Positions 17,990-26,800 of a DNA stretch of 37,042 nucleotides are shown in pieces. Position numbers and translations under genes: made by a program. This DNA comes from Ignavibacteria bacterium (GTDB taxonomy: Bacteria > Bacteroidota > Ignavibacteria > Tepidaquicellales > OLB5): assembly GCA_030835005.1 (NCBI GenBank), contig JAUQWT010000293.1, forward strand, positions 1 to 37,042, given 5' to 3'. The notes beneath the pieces are model-generated. The model was not told the DNA's origin. It saw only the letters and a program-made list of their open reading frames with translations, and ran no database searches. The first letter of the stretch is position 1. Each line of letters starts with the position of its first letter.

Positions 17990-18745
17990 TTAACTAAAAG
18001 CTTCCATAACTTTTTCATCAATATCGGCATTAGTATAGACATTCTGCACGTCATCATTATCTTCAATCACACTGATAAGTTTAAGTGTACCCTCAGCATC
18101 CTTATCTTCAACTTTTGTTGTGGTTTTTGCTACATATTGCAGCGAAGCAGACTCTATCTTTATACCTTTCAGGCCTGAGCTTTCTATTGTCCTTCTGACG
18201 GGTTCAAACTTCTCAAGAGATGCAACAACCTCGTAGTACTCGTTTTCATCGCTCATATCGTCTGCACCCGCCTCCAGAATAACATTCATCAGATCATCTT
18301 CGGTGTAATTGCCTTTTTGCACTGTAATAACTCCTTTTCGCTCAAAATTCCAGCTAACGGAACCGGACTCAGCAAGGTTTCCGCCGTGTTTGGTTAGTAA
18401 ATGCCTCAAATCAGCAACTGTTCTGTTCTTGTTATCAGTCAAAGATTCAATAATAAGTGCAACTCCTCCGGGGCCGTAACCTTCATATGTAATTTCCTCG
18501 TAGTTTACTCCCTCAAGTTCACCTGTACCTTTTTTAATGGCGCGTGTAATATTATCAGCCGGCATATTAACAGCCTTTGCGCTGGATACTGCAAGCCTTA
18601 GCCTTGGGTTTGAATCTGGATCTCCACCGCTTATTCTTGCGGCAACAGTGATCTCTTTTATGATTTTAGTGAATGCCTTGCCCCGGGCCGCATCAATTGC
18701 GCCCTTTTTCCTCTTTATTGTTGACCATTTGGAATGTCCAGACAT
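17990..18745 (-). CDS. YebC/PmpR-family DNA-binding transcriptional regulator
   Basis: [32 protein letters not shown] is the canonical YebC N-terminus. The yebC-ruvC-ruvA arrangement is the classic neighbourhood. Confidence 0.9.
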   Translation of the reverse strand: MSGHSKWSTIKRKKGAIDAARGKAFTKIIKEITVAARISGGDPDSNPRLRLAVSSAKAVNMPADNITRAIKKGTGELEGVNYEEITYEGYGPGGVALIIESLTDNKNRTVADLRHLLTKHGGNLAESGSVSWNFERKGVITVQKGNYTEDDLMNVILEAGADDMSDENEYYEVVASLEKFEPVRRTIESSGLKGIKIESASLQYVAKTTTKVEDKDAEGTLKLISVIEDNDDVQNVYTNADIDEKVMEAFS

Positions 18746-18769
18746 ATGATATAATAAAAATTAATTGTT

Positions 18770-20554
18770 TTAATTCAACTTAAGATCCCGAATTCGGAAT
18801 TGGGTTTTTGTATTTCCGTTCCAGTGATTCTCTTCAACCGAGTAAATGATATCCAATTTGTTTCCTGACTTCAGGATACGCCTGCTGTCGCTATCAAGAT
18901 CAGGCGGTTGATAGTAAACACAATCAAAAGCATAATTCTCGAATCTGCTTTCGATTGGATCAGACTTTCTGACTTTAAAAACTGTAGTTGAACCATTATA
19001 AGTTTTAGGCTCTCCGACTATCTGCAGATTCCTGGTCAGGAATATGGGTGTCATGTTCCCCGGTCCAAAGGGCTCAAAATGGCTAAGTATTTTGACAAAT
19101 CTCTGATTCACTTCAGTTACGTCAATTTCTGCATCAACTTTAATTTCGGGAACAAGAAGTTCATCGCCATTCTTAGTTTTACTGATAATACTTTTTGCAA
19201 TGCGATTGAATGTACTTCGGAATTCTTCTACTTTTTCAATTTCTATTTCAATGCCTGCAGCGTGATAGTGACCACCGAACTGAACCACTGCGCTGCACTC
19301 TTCCGAAGTCTGCTTAATAGCATCATAAATATTAAAATTATTAATACTTCTTGCAGAACCCTTTGCATAACCATTAAATGTAGTTAAGATTATAGAAGGG
19401 CGGTAATACTTTTCAACCATTCTTGAAGCTATGATGCCAAGTACTCCGGGATGCCAATCCGGATTATGAAGCACTATTGCAACATCATCAGCATTTTCGC
19501 CACCTATAGCAATATTTCTGGCGGATTCGTAAGAAGTCTGTGCCTGCAGATAAATCTCGCTATCAATTTTTTTCCTGTTTGTGTTTTCTTTCTCAAGTAC
19601 ACTCATTAACTCTTCAGCTTCTGAAGTTGTTTTACTTGTAAGAAATTTTACTGCCCTTGTAGCATCACCCAGCCTGCCTACTGCATTAATACGGGGACCA
19701 ATGGTAAATACTACATTAGAAGTCGTTACATGCTCCAGCTTCAAATTGGAATTCTTGAATATAGTGGCAAAACTAGGCCTGGGATTACTTAATATCTGTT
19801 TAAATCCAAAACTGATAAGAGTCCTGTTTTCGTCAATAACTGGCACCATATCAGCAGCTGTGGCAACAGCAACAAAATCAAGAAGGCTGTACCAGGAATC
19901 AAGATTAAGCTTACTGCACACTGCCTGTATCAGTTTAAATGCAACTCCGGTACCGCACAGGCTCTTAAACGGATACTGGCAGTCCTGCTGCAAGGCATCC
20001 AAAATTGCATAGGCATCAGGCAGTATCTCCGGCGGCTGGTGATGGTCACATATAATAAATTCTATGCCAAGATTTTTTGCATATTCAACTTTATCAACCG
20101 CAGTTATACCGCAATCTATGGCAACTATCAGTTTGATGCCCAGATTCTGAGCAACATCAATTCCTGTGTTTGATAGTCCATATCCGTCAGTAAACCTATC
20201 CGGGATAAAAACTTCATTAGGGACATTTAGTTCTCGTAAAAAAGTATGGAACATAGATACTCCTGAGGTTCCATCTACATCATAGTCACCAAATATGAGG
20301 ATTTTTTCCTTATTGTTTATTACATCAACAATTCTATCGGATGCTTTATCCATCCCTTTCATAAGGAATGGATCATAAAGATTCTTTAAATCATGGACAA
20401 AAAACTTTTTCGCATCAGTACGCAAGTGTATTCCCCTGTTAACCAAAATAGAGGCTAACGAAGGAGGTACATTTATCTCCTCAGAAAGATGTTTAACTTT
20501 CTCTTTATCTGATACGTATGATATGGTCCATTTCTTCTTAATTGCACTGGACAT
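18770..20554 (-). CDS. recJ: Single-stranded-DNA-specific exonuclease RecJ
   Basis: DHH-family motifs IFGDYDVDGTSG, AIDCGI, ICDHHQP and GGHYHAAG (DHHA1). Confidence 0.9.
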   Translation of the reverse strand: MSSAIKKKWTISYVSDKEKVKHLSEEINVPPSLASILVNRGIHLRTDAKKFFVHDLKNLYDPFLMKGMDKASDRIVDVINNKEKILIFGDYDVDGTSGVSMFHTFLRELNVPNEVFIPDRFTDGYGLSNTGIDVAQNLGIKLIVAIDCGITAVDKVEYAKNLGIEFIICDHHQPPEILPDAYAILDALQQDCQYPFKSLCGTGVAFKLIQAVCSKLNLDSWYSLLDFVAVATAADMVPVIDENRTLISFGFKQILSNPRPSFATIFKNSNLKLEHVTTSNVVFTIGPRINAVGRLGDATRAVKFLTSKTTSEAEELMSVLEKENTNRKKIDSEIYLQAQTSYESARNIAIGGENADDVAIVLHNPDWHPGVLGIIASRMVEKYYRPSIILTTFNGYAKGSARSINNFNIYDAIKQTSEECSAVVQFGGHYHAAGIEIEIEKVEEFRSTFNRIAKSIISKTKNGDELLVPEIKVDAEIDVTEVNQRFVKILSHFEPFGPGNMTPIFLTRNLQIVGEPKTYNGSTTVFKVRKSDPIESRFENYAFDCVYYQPPDLDSDSRRILKSGNKLDIIYSVEENHWNGNTKTQFRIRDLKLN

Positions 20555-20578
20555 TCATTTTATTTTTATTTTCAATAG

Positions 20579-20662
20579 TGCCCGGAGCGAGACTCGAACT
20601 CGCACTCCGTAACCGGAACTGCGCCCTGAACACAGCGTGTATACCAATTTCACCATCCGGGC
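20579..20662 (-). tRNA. tRNA-Leu (anticodon CAG), class II with a long variable arm; no CCA is encoded
   Basis: The reverse complement GCCCGGATGGTGAAATTGGTATACACGCTGTGTTCAGGGCGCAGTTCCGGTTACGGAGTGCGAGTTCGAGTCTCGCTCCGGGCA folds as a cloverleaf. Acceptor is GCCCGGA/TCCGGGC, anticodon stem CTGTG/CGCAG with loop TTCAGGG, T-arm GCGAG-TTCGAGT-CTCGC. It is nearly colinear with E. coli tRNA-Leu(CAG) as I recall it. Confidence 0.85.
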
Positions 20663-20699
20663 TGAAACATTTTCAAGTAGTTTACTGTGAAAACTAATT

Positions 20700-20728
20700 A
20701 ATTTAGTGATTTTTTAGAGAAATCTCAA
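20700..20728 (-). promoter_or_regulatory. Candidate sigma-70-type promoter for tRNA-Leu/recJ
   Basis: On the minus strand: TTGAGA, a 17-nt spacer, then TAAATT, about 37 nt upstream of the tRNA 5' end. The context is AT-rich, so a chance match is quite possible. Confidence 0.25.
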
Positions 20729-20806
20729 TTAATTAATTATTACTCAATATTACGTTTATGTTCTTAAATTAAGAGTTTTTGAGATAATACTTTGGTTACG
20801 GTCAAT

Positions 20807-20836
20807 AAAAAAAGCTGTCTCATATAATGAAACAGC
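20807..20836 (-). terminator. Rho-independent terminator after the sigma / anti-sigma / tlpA-like operon
   Basis: Minus-strand RNA GCUGUUUCA-UUAUA-UGAGACAGC forms a 9-bp stem that includes one G.U pair, followed by U7. On the plus strand the same position is a C-A mismatch, so the structure is strand-specific. Confidence 0.6.
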
Positions 20837-20878
20837 CTATGAAAAACCCTGAATGCCGGTATTCTCGGCACTTTTTCC

Positions 20879-21484
20879 TTACAAATATTTATTTATTATG
20901 TTAATAAAATCTGCTTTACTTTTTGAACCTAAAATTGCCTCTACAACTTTTCCGTTCTTATCGATTATATAAGTTTGAGGCACAACATTCTGATTCTGTC
21001 CTGCAGCAGTCATGTATTTTGCAACAAGCTCACTTGGTTCGTACAAAATAGTATAAGATAACTTGTTGGTCTTAAGAAAATTATTCAGCACTTCCTGGTT
21101 ATCATCAATTGAAACACCAATCATTTTGAATTCCTTATCTTTCATTTCAGTTGAGATCTGAGAAAGATCAGGAAGCTCTTTGCGGCAAGGAGGGCACCAT
21201 GTTGCCCAGAAATTCAACAGTATTACCTTGCCTTTGTAATCAGATAACTTAATCTCTTTTCCATTCTCGTCCCAGCTGAAATCGACCATTTCATTCTTTT
21301 TCTCAGAATCGCTCACTTTCTTAACAACATAAGAAGAAGAAGCTGACTGGTTATTCTGCTGTGATGTCTGATTGTTCTGCTGAGTATTGTCTTTCGGTTT
21401 ATCCTTTATAGTTGTGTCCTGCGTCTTAGAACAATTTAATGATAACAAGGATACTGCAAACACTAAAGTAATTAATTTATACAT
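20879..21484 (-). CDS. TlpA/ResA-like periplasmic thiol:disulfide oxidoreductase lipoprotein
   Basis: Lipobox LSLNC, a Q/N-rich linker (QQNNQTSQQNNQS), and the thioredoxin fold motif NFWATWCPPCRKELP. Confidence 0.85.
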   Translation of the reverse strand: MYKLITLVFAVSLLSLNCSKTQDTTIKDKPKDNTQQNNQTSQQNNQSASSSYVVKKVSDSEKKNEMVDFSWDENGKEIKLSDYKGKVILLNFWATWCPPCRKELPDLSQISTEMKDKEFKMIGVSIDDNQEVLNNFLKTNKLSYTILYEPSELVAKYMTAAGQNQNVVPQTYIIDKNGKVVEAILGSKSKADFINIINKYL

Positions 21485-21503
21485 TTAAATAGTAATTTAT
21501 GTA

Positions 21504-22409
21504 TTATTTATTGAACCTGGCAAAAGTTGTATACATTTCTGTCTTAGGCATAGTTGTCATAGATGCGCATACCACATCTTCTTTAAACCACAGAGTCAAA
21601 GTGCAGTTATTATCATCAACTTCATCACACATATAGAATTTTGCCTTAACAATTTCGTTCTGCACATCTTGCGGCAGATCAAGATTATTTTTCTGAACAG
21701 CAGTTACGGGTGTCTGGTAAATATAAAGTATATCATCGTGACCATTTGTATAGATAAGATGTGCAAGTTCCTGTCCGTTATACTCATTGCAGACAACACC
21801 GGTCAACTGGTAATCTTCTATCTGCGGAACGTAGGCGTCAAAATGTGACTTATCCATTACATACTTTTCTATCTCAGCAGCATTACTGGTTGAAAGCTGC
21901 GGTTTAACATCACCCGAAAGTATTTTGTGGAAACTATTAACTGCCTGAACCATAATGCTTTTTTCAGTTCCTGCAAGTATATACGGATTCTTTGCCTTCT
22001 TAGAACCGCTGAATACAAATAATCCGCCAATGACAAATATTGCTACTAATGCAAATGCATAACGCGGTATCCCGATAAACTTTTTAGAAACAGCATCTTT
22101 AAGTGTTTCCCAAAAAGACGGGTACTCAGTATGAACAATCTGATTATTCAGTTTTTCCTTCATGACCAGATTATCGATAGACGATATGATCCTGTTGTAA
22201 GTAGTTTGCGGAACATCAATTTCAGTTAATCTTGAACTTAATAAATTCTTTGTCAACAGCTCAGATTCATACTTGGCATTAAGCTTTGAATCGCTCTTAA
22301 GCATGCCTTCTATCTGACTTCTAAGTTCCTGATCCGAAATTTGGTTATCAATGTATGATGTGATTAACTCATCAATGTTAAAAGATGTAGTATTCAGACC
22401 CATAGGCAT
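21504..22409 (-). CDS. Putative transmembrane anti-sigma factor
   Basis: Lies immediately downstream of the ECF sigma gene. It has a cytoplasmic N-domain of about 120 aa, one TM segment (YAFALVAIFVIGGLFVF), and an extracytoplasmic domain of about 165 aa. No HxxxCxxC zinc motif is present. Confidence 0.55.
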   Translation of the reverse strand: MPMGLNTTSFNIDELITSYIDNQISDQELRSQIEGMLKSDSKLNAKYESELLTKNLLSSRLTEIDVPQTTYNRIISSIDNLVMKEKLNNQIVHTEYPSFWETLKDAVSKKFIGIPRYAFALVAIFVIGGLFVFSGSKKAKNPYILAGTEKSIMVQAVNSFHKILSGDVKPQLSTSNAAEIEKYVMDKSHFDAYVPQIEDYQLTGVVCNEYNGQELAHLIYTNGHDDILYIYQTPVTAVQKNNLDLPQDVQNEIVKAKFYMCDEVDDNNCTLTLWFKEDVVCASMTTMPKTEMYTTFARFNK

Positions 22410-22487
22410 AATATTTGATGGTTTTAAAAATGGTGGTTTCTCTCTTAATGTATCCGAAAGTAAAATTCAAAAAAAATGTAATCCAAG

Positions 22488-23183
22488 CTACACCTGTGAT
22501 TCAACACTATAACCTCTGGATTTTGCATAGTCCTGAAGCTTCCTCTGTAAAATTTTTCTTCCTCTATGCAGCCGGCTTCTAACAGTCCCGATCGGAACGT
22601 CAAGAAACTCCGCAATTTCTTCATAACTCAATCCTTCAAGATCGCATAAAATCACTACTGTTTTGTAATCATCTTGAAGCGAGTTTAACGCACCGGACAG
22701 TTCATCGTCCAAAAGGTTGCTGAAGACCTTTTGCTGCAGGTCATTTGAATCAACAACATCGTCCCTTATCGAATCGTAAAAGTTTTGGACATCTTCGTAA
22801 TCAACTTTTGAAGGCTCCTTCTTATTCTTGCGATACTTGTTGATGTAGCAATTCTTCATTATCCTGAACAGCCATGCCTTACAATTAGTTCCTCGCTCGA
22901 ACTTGTGAAAGAAGCGGAAAGCTCTCATGTAAGTATCCTGTACAAGATCATCTGCTTCAAGCTGATCGCCAGCCATCCTGTAGGCATAATTGTACAGGAT
23001 CTTCATGTGCGGAATTGCCTCTTTTTCAAAATCACGTTTCCTGGCATCAAGTTCGGCTGCGTTTAATTCACTTAAAGGATTATCTTCACTCTCTGTGAAA
23101 TCATCTGGCTCAGGCAGATCTACGGGCTCAATTAAATCTTTGTTTTTAATATTGTTATCTATTTTAGAGTTATCTTTTTTCAA
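22488..23183 (-). CDS. ECF-type RNA polymerase sigma-70 family factor with an acidic N-terminal extension
   Basis: Region 2 is LYNYAYRMAGDQLEADDLVQDTYMRAFRFFHKFERGTNCKAWLFRIMKNCYIN. Region 4 is LEGLSYEEIAEFLDVPIGTVRSRLHRGRKIL. The TTG start is uncertain. Confidence 0.85.
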   Translation of the reverse strand: MKKDNSKIDNNIKNKDLIEPVDLPEPDDFTESEDNPLSELNAAELDARKRDFEKEAIPHMKILYNYAYRMAGDQLEADDLVQDTYMRAFRFFHKFERGTNCKAWLFRIMKNCYINKYRKNKKEPSKVDYEDVQNFYDSIRDDVVDSNDLQQKVFSNLLDDELSGALNSLQDDYKTVVILCDLEGLSYEEIAEFLDVPIGTVRSRLHRGRKILQRKLQDYAKSRGYSVESQV

Positions 23184-23342
23184 AAATTTGTGTTATGTTT
23201 AAGTTATTTAAATTAATGAAAATAATGCTCTAATTCAAGCTGTCATATAATTATAACTTACTGAAATTAGTTAGGACTTAATATGATAAAATTTTAGAAT
23301 AAATGGTGTAAATCTTTGTAAATTACCTATCAGCTGTTAGGT

Positions 23343-23369
23343 TGAAACAATTTAACGTTTTTTCGGTTT
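23343..23369 (+). promoter_or_regulatory. Weak candidate ECF-type promoter upstream of the MA-peptidase-like gene
   Basis: TGAAAC-N15-CGGTTT resembles the TGAAAC-N16-CGTA class of ECF promoters, but both the spacing and the -10 element are imperfect. Confidence 0.2.
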
Positions 23370-23395
23370 AATTCTTAATTAATCCAGCTCATCAA

Positions 23396-24328
23396 ATGAA
23401 TAATACCATTAAAATAGTCAGACTTTTCTTCCTTTGCCTTTTCGTACTATCAGGGTGCAGTTCAGCAACGGTAAATCATGCGCTAAAACTAAATGAATCT
23501 CCATCAAAACGCTTCAGCCTTGGGGTTAATGACTCAGCCATTGCAACTATTTCACAAATTGAATTCGAAAGTAGGATCGAGGAGTTGAAAAACTCTTTGA
23601 GCAATGACTTCAGTGTTGAACAGCATTCATATTTTATTATTGTAAGTAACCTTACTGCATCAGAAACTGAAAAAGTAACATCAGGTACTATTGATAAGGC
23701 AGTTGATTGCTTTTATAATAACTATTTTAATGCAAAACCAAGCGAACCTACAACCATTTTCCTGTTCAAGAACGATGAGACATACCGATATTGGGCAAAG
23801 AAACTTTATGACGATGATGACCTCTCACGTTATGGATATTATAAACCATTTGCGAAAACAATGCTTATGAATATCAATACAGGCACAGGAACATTAGTGC
23901 ATGAAATGACTCATGCACTTGTCAGGTACGATTTCCCTGATATCCCATCCTGGTTTAATGAAGGTCTCGGTTCCTTGTATGAAAGATGTTCGCTGAACAA
24001 TAAACAGATCCTGGGATATGTTAACTGGCGCTTGCCAGCTTTACAGGACGCAATCAATGATATGTCATACACTTCGCTTGATAAGCTTTTAAAAACAAAT
24101 TATGATGAATTCTATGGAAACAGAAGTGATGTAAATTACGCACAGGCAAGATACTTGTGCATGTATTTACAGGAAGCAGGTCTTCTTAAAGAATTTTATA
24201 AATTGTTTCGTGACACATATTACGATGACAATACAGGCAAATCTCAACTGGAAAAAATTACCGGCAAATCACTACCCGAACTTGAAATTCAATATTTAAC
24301 TTGGGTTTCAAGCCTCAAATACGAGTAA
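23396..24328 (+). CDS. Putative zinc metallopeptidase lipoprotein (Peptidase_MA_2 / DUF1570-like)
   Basis: Signal peptide with lipobox LSGC. HExxH occurs as LVHEMTHAL, followed by PSWFNEGLGSLYE, which is the gluzincin-type third ligand in a W..EGL..Y context. Confidence 0.6.
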   Translation: MNNTIKIVRLFFLCLFVLSGCSSATVNHALKLNESPSKRFSLGVNDSAIATISQIEFESRIEELKNSLSNDFSVEQHSYFIIVSNLTASETEKVTSGTIDKAVDCFYNNYFNAKPSEPTTIFLFKNDETYRYWAKKLYDDDDLSRYGYYKPFAKTMLMNINTGTGTLVHEMTHALVRYDFPDIPSWFNEGLGSLYERCSLNNKQILGYVNWRLPALQDAINDMSYTSLDKLLKTNYDEFYGNRSDVNYAQARYLCMYLQEAGLLKEFYKLFRDTYYDDNTGKSQLEKITGKSLPELEIQYLTWVSSLKYE

Positions 24329-24402
24329 TTGGTTATAAATCATAACTTGAATTCCCTCTTCTTTTTTAGGATATTTACCTTTTGAAACCATAGATATTTA
24401 TA

Positions 24403-25425
24403 TTGAACAAGATCAGGTTCGGATTAATTGGCTGCGGAAGGATCGCAGTCCGCCATGCTGAAATCATAAAAAAAACAGGAATACTTACTGCAGTTTGTGA
24501 CATTAAGCCGGAGCGAGCCCTTGAATTTTCGGAAAGATACGATTGCTCCCACTATCCTTCAATAAGTAATTTACTAGAAAAAGAGAAAGACATCGATGTA
24601 GTTTCCGTTTGCACCCCTAACTCACTTCATTCTGAACATACAATTGAATCACTTTCAATGGGGAAGCATGTACTATGCGAAAAACCAATGGCTATTAAAG
24701 TTTCTGACTGCAGAAAGATGATGGTAGAAGCAGATAAATCGGGAAAGCATTTATTTATCGTCAAACAGAACAGATTTAACCCGCCGGTAGTAGCATTAAA
24801 GGAAATAATTGATGACGGAAAACTTGGAAAAATACTGAACGTTGAACTAAACTGCTTCTGGAACAGGAATAACGAGTATTACAGACAGTCAGACTGGAAA
24901 GGTAAAAAAGAATTTGACGGCGGGACATTGTTTACACAATTCAGCCATTTCATTGATCTTCTTTTCTGGCTTATTGGAGATATCAGAAAGATAAGTGCAT
25001 TCGGCAAAAACTTTATACACAACGAATTGGTTGAATTTGAAGATACCGGAACTGCAATTGTTGAGTTTACAGGCGGCGCGCTTGGAACAATTAACTATAC
25101 TGTGAACAGCTATAAAAGCAATATGGAGGGTTCAATAACTGTATTCGGAGAAAAGGGAACCGTCAAGATAGGAGGCCAGTACCTGAATGTTTTAGAGTAT
25201 CAGTCAATTGATAACTTCAAGATATCTGGTCTTTCTGCTTCCAGGCCGGCAAATGATTATGGATTCTATCAAGGCTCTATGAGCAATCACGAAAAAGTAT
25301 ATGAAAATGTGATTGAAGTTCTTACAAAAGGTGGAACTATTGCTGCAAATGCATTTGAAGGAATGAAAACCGTAGAAATAATTGAGCGGATTTATGAAAG
25401 TATGGCTATGAATGAAGGAAATTGA
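24403..25425 (+). CDS. Gfo/Idh/MocA-family NAD(P)-dependent oxidoreductase (WbpB-like sugar-nucleotide dehydrogenase flavour)
   Basis: Rossmann N-terminus IRFGLIGCGRIA, EKPMA, and the VKQNRFNP block. TTG start. Confidence 0.85.
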   Translation: MNKIRFGLIGCGRIAVRHAEIIKKTGILTAVCDIKPERALEFSERYDCSHYPSISNLLEKEKDIDVVSVCTPNSLHSEHTIESLSMGKHVLCEKPMAIKVSDCRKMMVEADKSGKHLFIVKQNRFNPPVVALKEIIDDGKLGKILNVELNCFWNRNNEYYRQSDWKGKKEFDGGTLFTQFSHFIDLLFWLIGDIRKISAFGKNFIHNELVEFEDTGTAIVEFTGGALGTINYTVNSYKSNMEGSITVFGEKGTVKIGGQYLNVLEYQSIDNFKISGLSASRPANDYGFYQGSMSNHEKVYENVIEVLTKGGTIAANAFEGMKTVEIIERIYESMAMNEGN

Positions 25426-25434
25426 TGGTTTTTT

Positions 25435-26766
25435 CTATTGATCAGACTTGCTGCTTGTTTTCTCTTTACCTCTTATGCCAAATTCCGGAGAAATGTCTCT
25501 TAGAAACTCAAAATAGCGCACGAGCTGGTAAGTTTGTTTATCAACATTAAACTTTCTTATCACATCTTCATTGGGTATTGGCATCATTCTTCTGCTGTTA
25601 AGCTCGTAATACTCCATTATGAGTTCTGCAATTTCCTGAGGTTCATCCGGCTCGCAAATTCTCACAGCATCATAGTCTTTAAGAAGCTGTCTTGAAGCGC
25701 CATCGGGAATTGCTGCAAGTATGGGCTTCCTTGCTCCAAAGTATTCGGCCAGTCTTATAGGAGAAATAACTTCATCTCCTGCTCCTTCGCCAATCATGAA
25801 CCAAAGCACATCGCTTGAAAGCATATACCTTATTGCATCGAGATGGTTCAGGTACCCGGGATTTAAAATTGAATCGGAAATGTTGTATTTTTGGATCAGT
25901 TTCAGGTTTTCTCTGGAAAGACCGCCTATAAAGCAGGCTTCAATCTTTCCCCTCAAACCTGGATTTTTTTCAAAAACAATTTTTAGTGCTTCAAAGAAAT
26001 ATTTGGGTGTGATCAGATCAAAAAATCCTCCGACATTTGTGAACCGCATCTTTGGTTTTTCGGGAAGTTGCGTCTTTGCAGCTTCCCTGAAGTCTTCTTC
26101 ATCAAAACCATGATTAATAATATTTATATCTTCATGTTTCAGGTATTCGTATTCTTCTATGAGGTATTCCTTTATCCTTCGGTTAATTGTGATTATCTCA
26201 TCTGTAACCCTAATAACATCCTGCTCCATTTTCATATTCCTGAGTCTGTGCACTCCCATTGGATGATATGCAGATGAAGAATGAAGCCATGAATCCTGGT
26301 AATCGATAACAAGCGGTATTTTATACTTTTCTTTCAGCTCCCCGGCTGCTGCAAATGCCGTAAAAGAGGGGCCGGTAGCATAGATAATTTCAATATTATT
26401 CGACTCAATTATTTCACTTCCCAACTTAACAGCTTTAGATATCCACGACTTGTGTTCATCAGGAAATTTTCTGAATCTTGAAATATTCCGTTTCAGTATT
26501 CTTGAAGATTCATTTGGAAGCTCTTTGAGTTTTCTACCGGTCAATAAATTGCTGCTGCTGCCGGGAGTACGGAAAACCTTGATTCCAAGATTTTCAACTT
26601 CCTGCAACAATAAATTGTCTCTGAAAAAATATGATTTTGGTGTTGAGGTAAGTACAATGGGCTCCCAGTCATATCTGTAGAAATATTTTGAGAATTTCAA
26701 TGGCCTCAAAACATTACCTTTCCCAATAGGCGGAAAATCATATGTAATTATAAGTACTTTCTTCAT
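25435..26766 (-). CDS. Glycosyltransferase (GT-B fold, GT4-like)
   Basis: N-terminus MKKVLIITYDFPPIGKGN, two-Rossmann-domain length, and a C-terminal domain that fits the GT-B fold but carries no clear E-x7-E motif. Confidence 0.7.
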   Translation of the reverse strand: MKKVLIITYDFPPIGKGNVLRPLKFSKYFYRYDWEPIVLTSTPKSYFFRDNLLLQEVENLGIKVFRTPGSSSNLLTGRKLKELPNESSRILKRNISRFRKFPDEHKSWISKAVKLGSEIIESNNIEIIYATGPSFTAFAAAGELKEKYKIPLVIDYQDSWLHSSSAYHPMGVHRLRNMKMEQDVIRVTDEIITINRRIKEYLIEEYEYLKHEDINIINHGFDEEDFREAAKTQLPEKPKMRFTNVGGFFDLITPKYFFEALKIVFEKNPGLRGKIEACFIGGLSRENLKLIQKYNISDSILNPGYLNHLDAIRYMLSSDVLWFMIGEGAGDEVISPIRLAEYFGARKPILAAIPDGASRQLLKDYDAVRICEPDEPQEIAELIMEYYELNSRRMMPIPNEDVIRKFNVDKQTYQLVRYFEFLRDISPEFGIRGKEKTSSKSDQ

Positions 26767-26800
26767 CTGTTACCTGCAGATACAATCACATGGTTTCTGA

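Noticed and set aside
19079-20012. Plus-strand ORFs of 102 and 143 aa inside recJ
   Set aside because: They are antisense to a full-length RecJ with all DHH/DHHA1 motifs, and they have no independent signals.
20854-20870. Small hairpin TGCCG-GTATTCT-CGGCA followed by CTTTTT on the plus strand
   Set aside because: No plus-strand transcript ends here. On the minus strand it lies just after the tlpA-like stop codon but has only 5 bp and a poor U tract. The downstream 9-bp hairpin with U7 (20807..20836) is the better terminator.
20555-20878. tRNA-Leu flank as a possible integration site for a genomic island
   Set aside because: There is no integrase, no direct repeat of the tRNA 3' end, and no obvious compositional change. 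The neighbours on both sides are core genes (recJ and the ECF operon).
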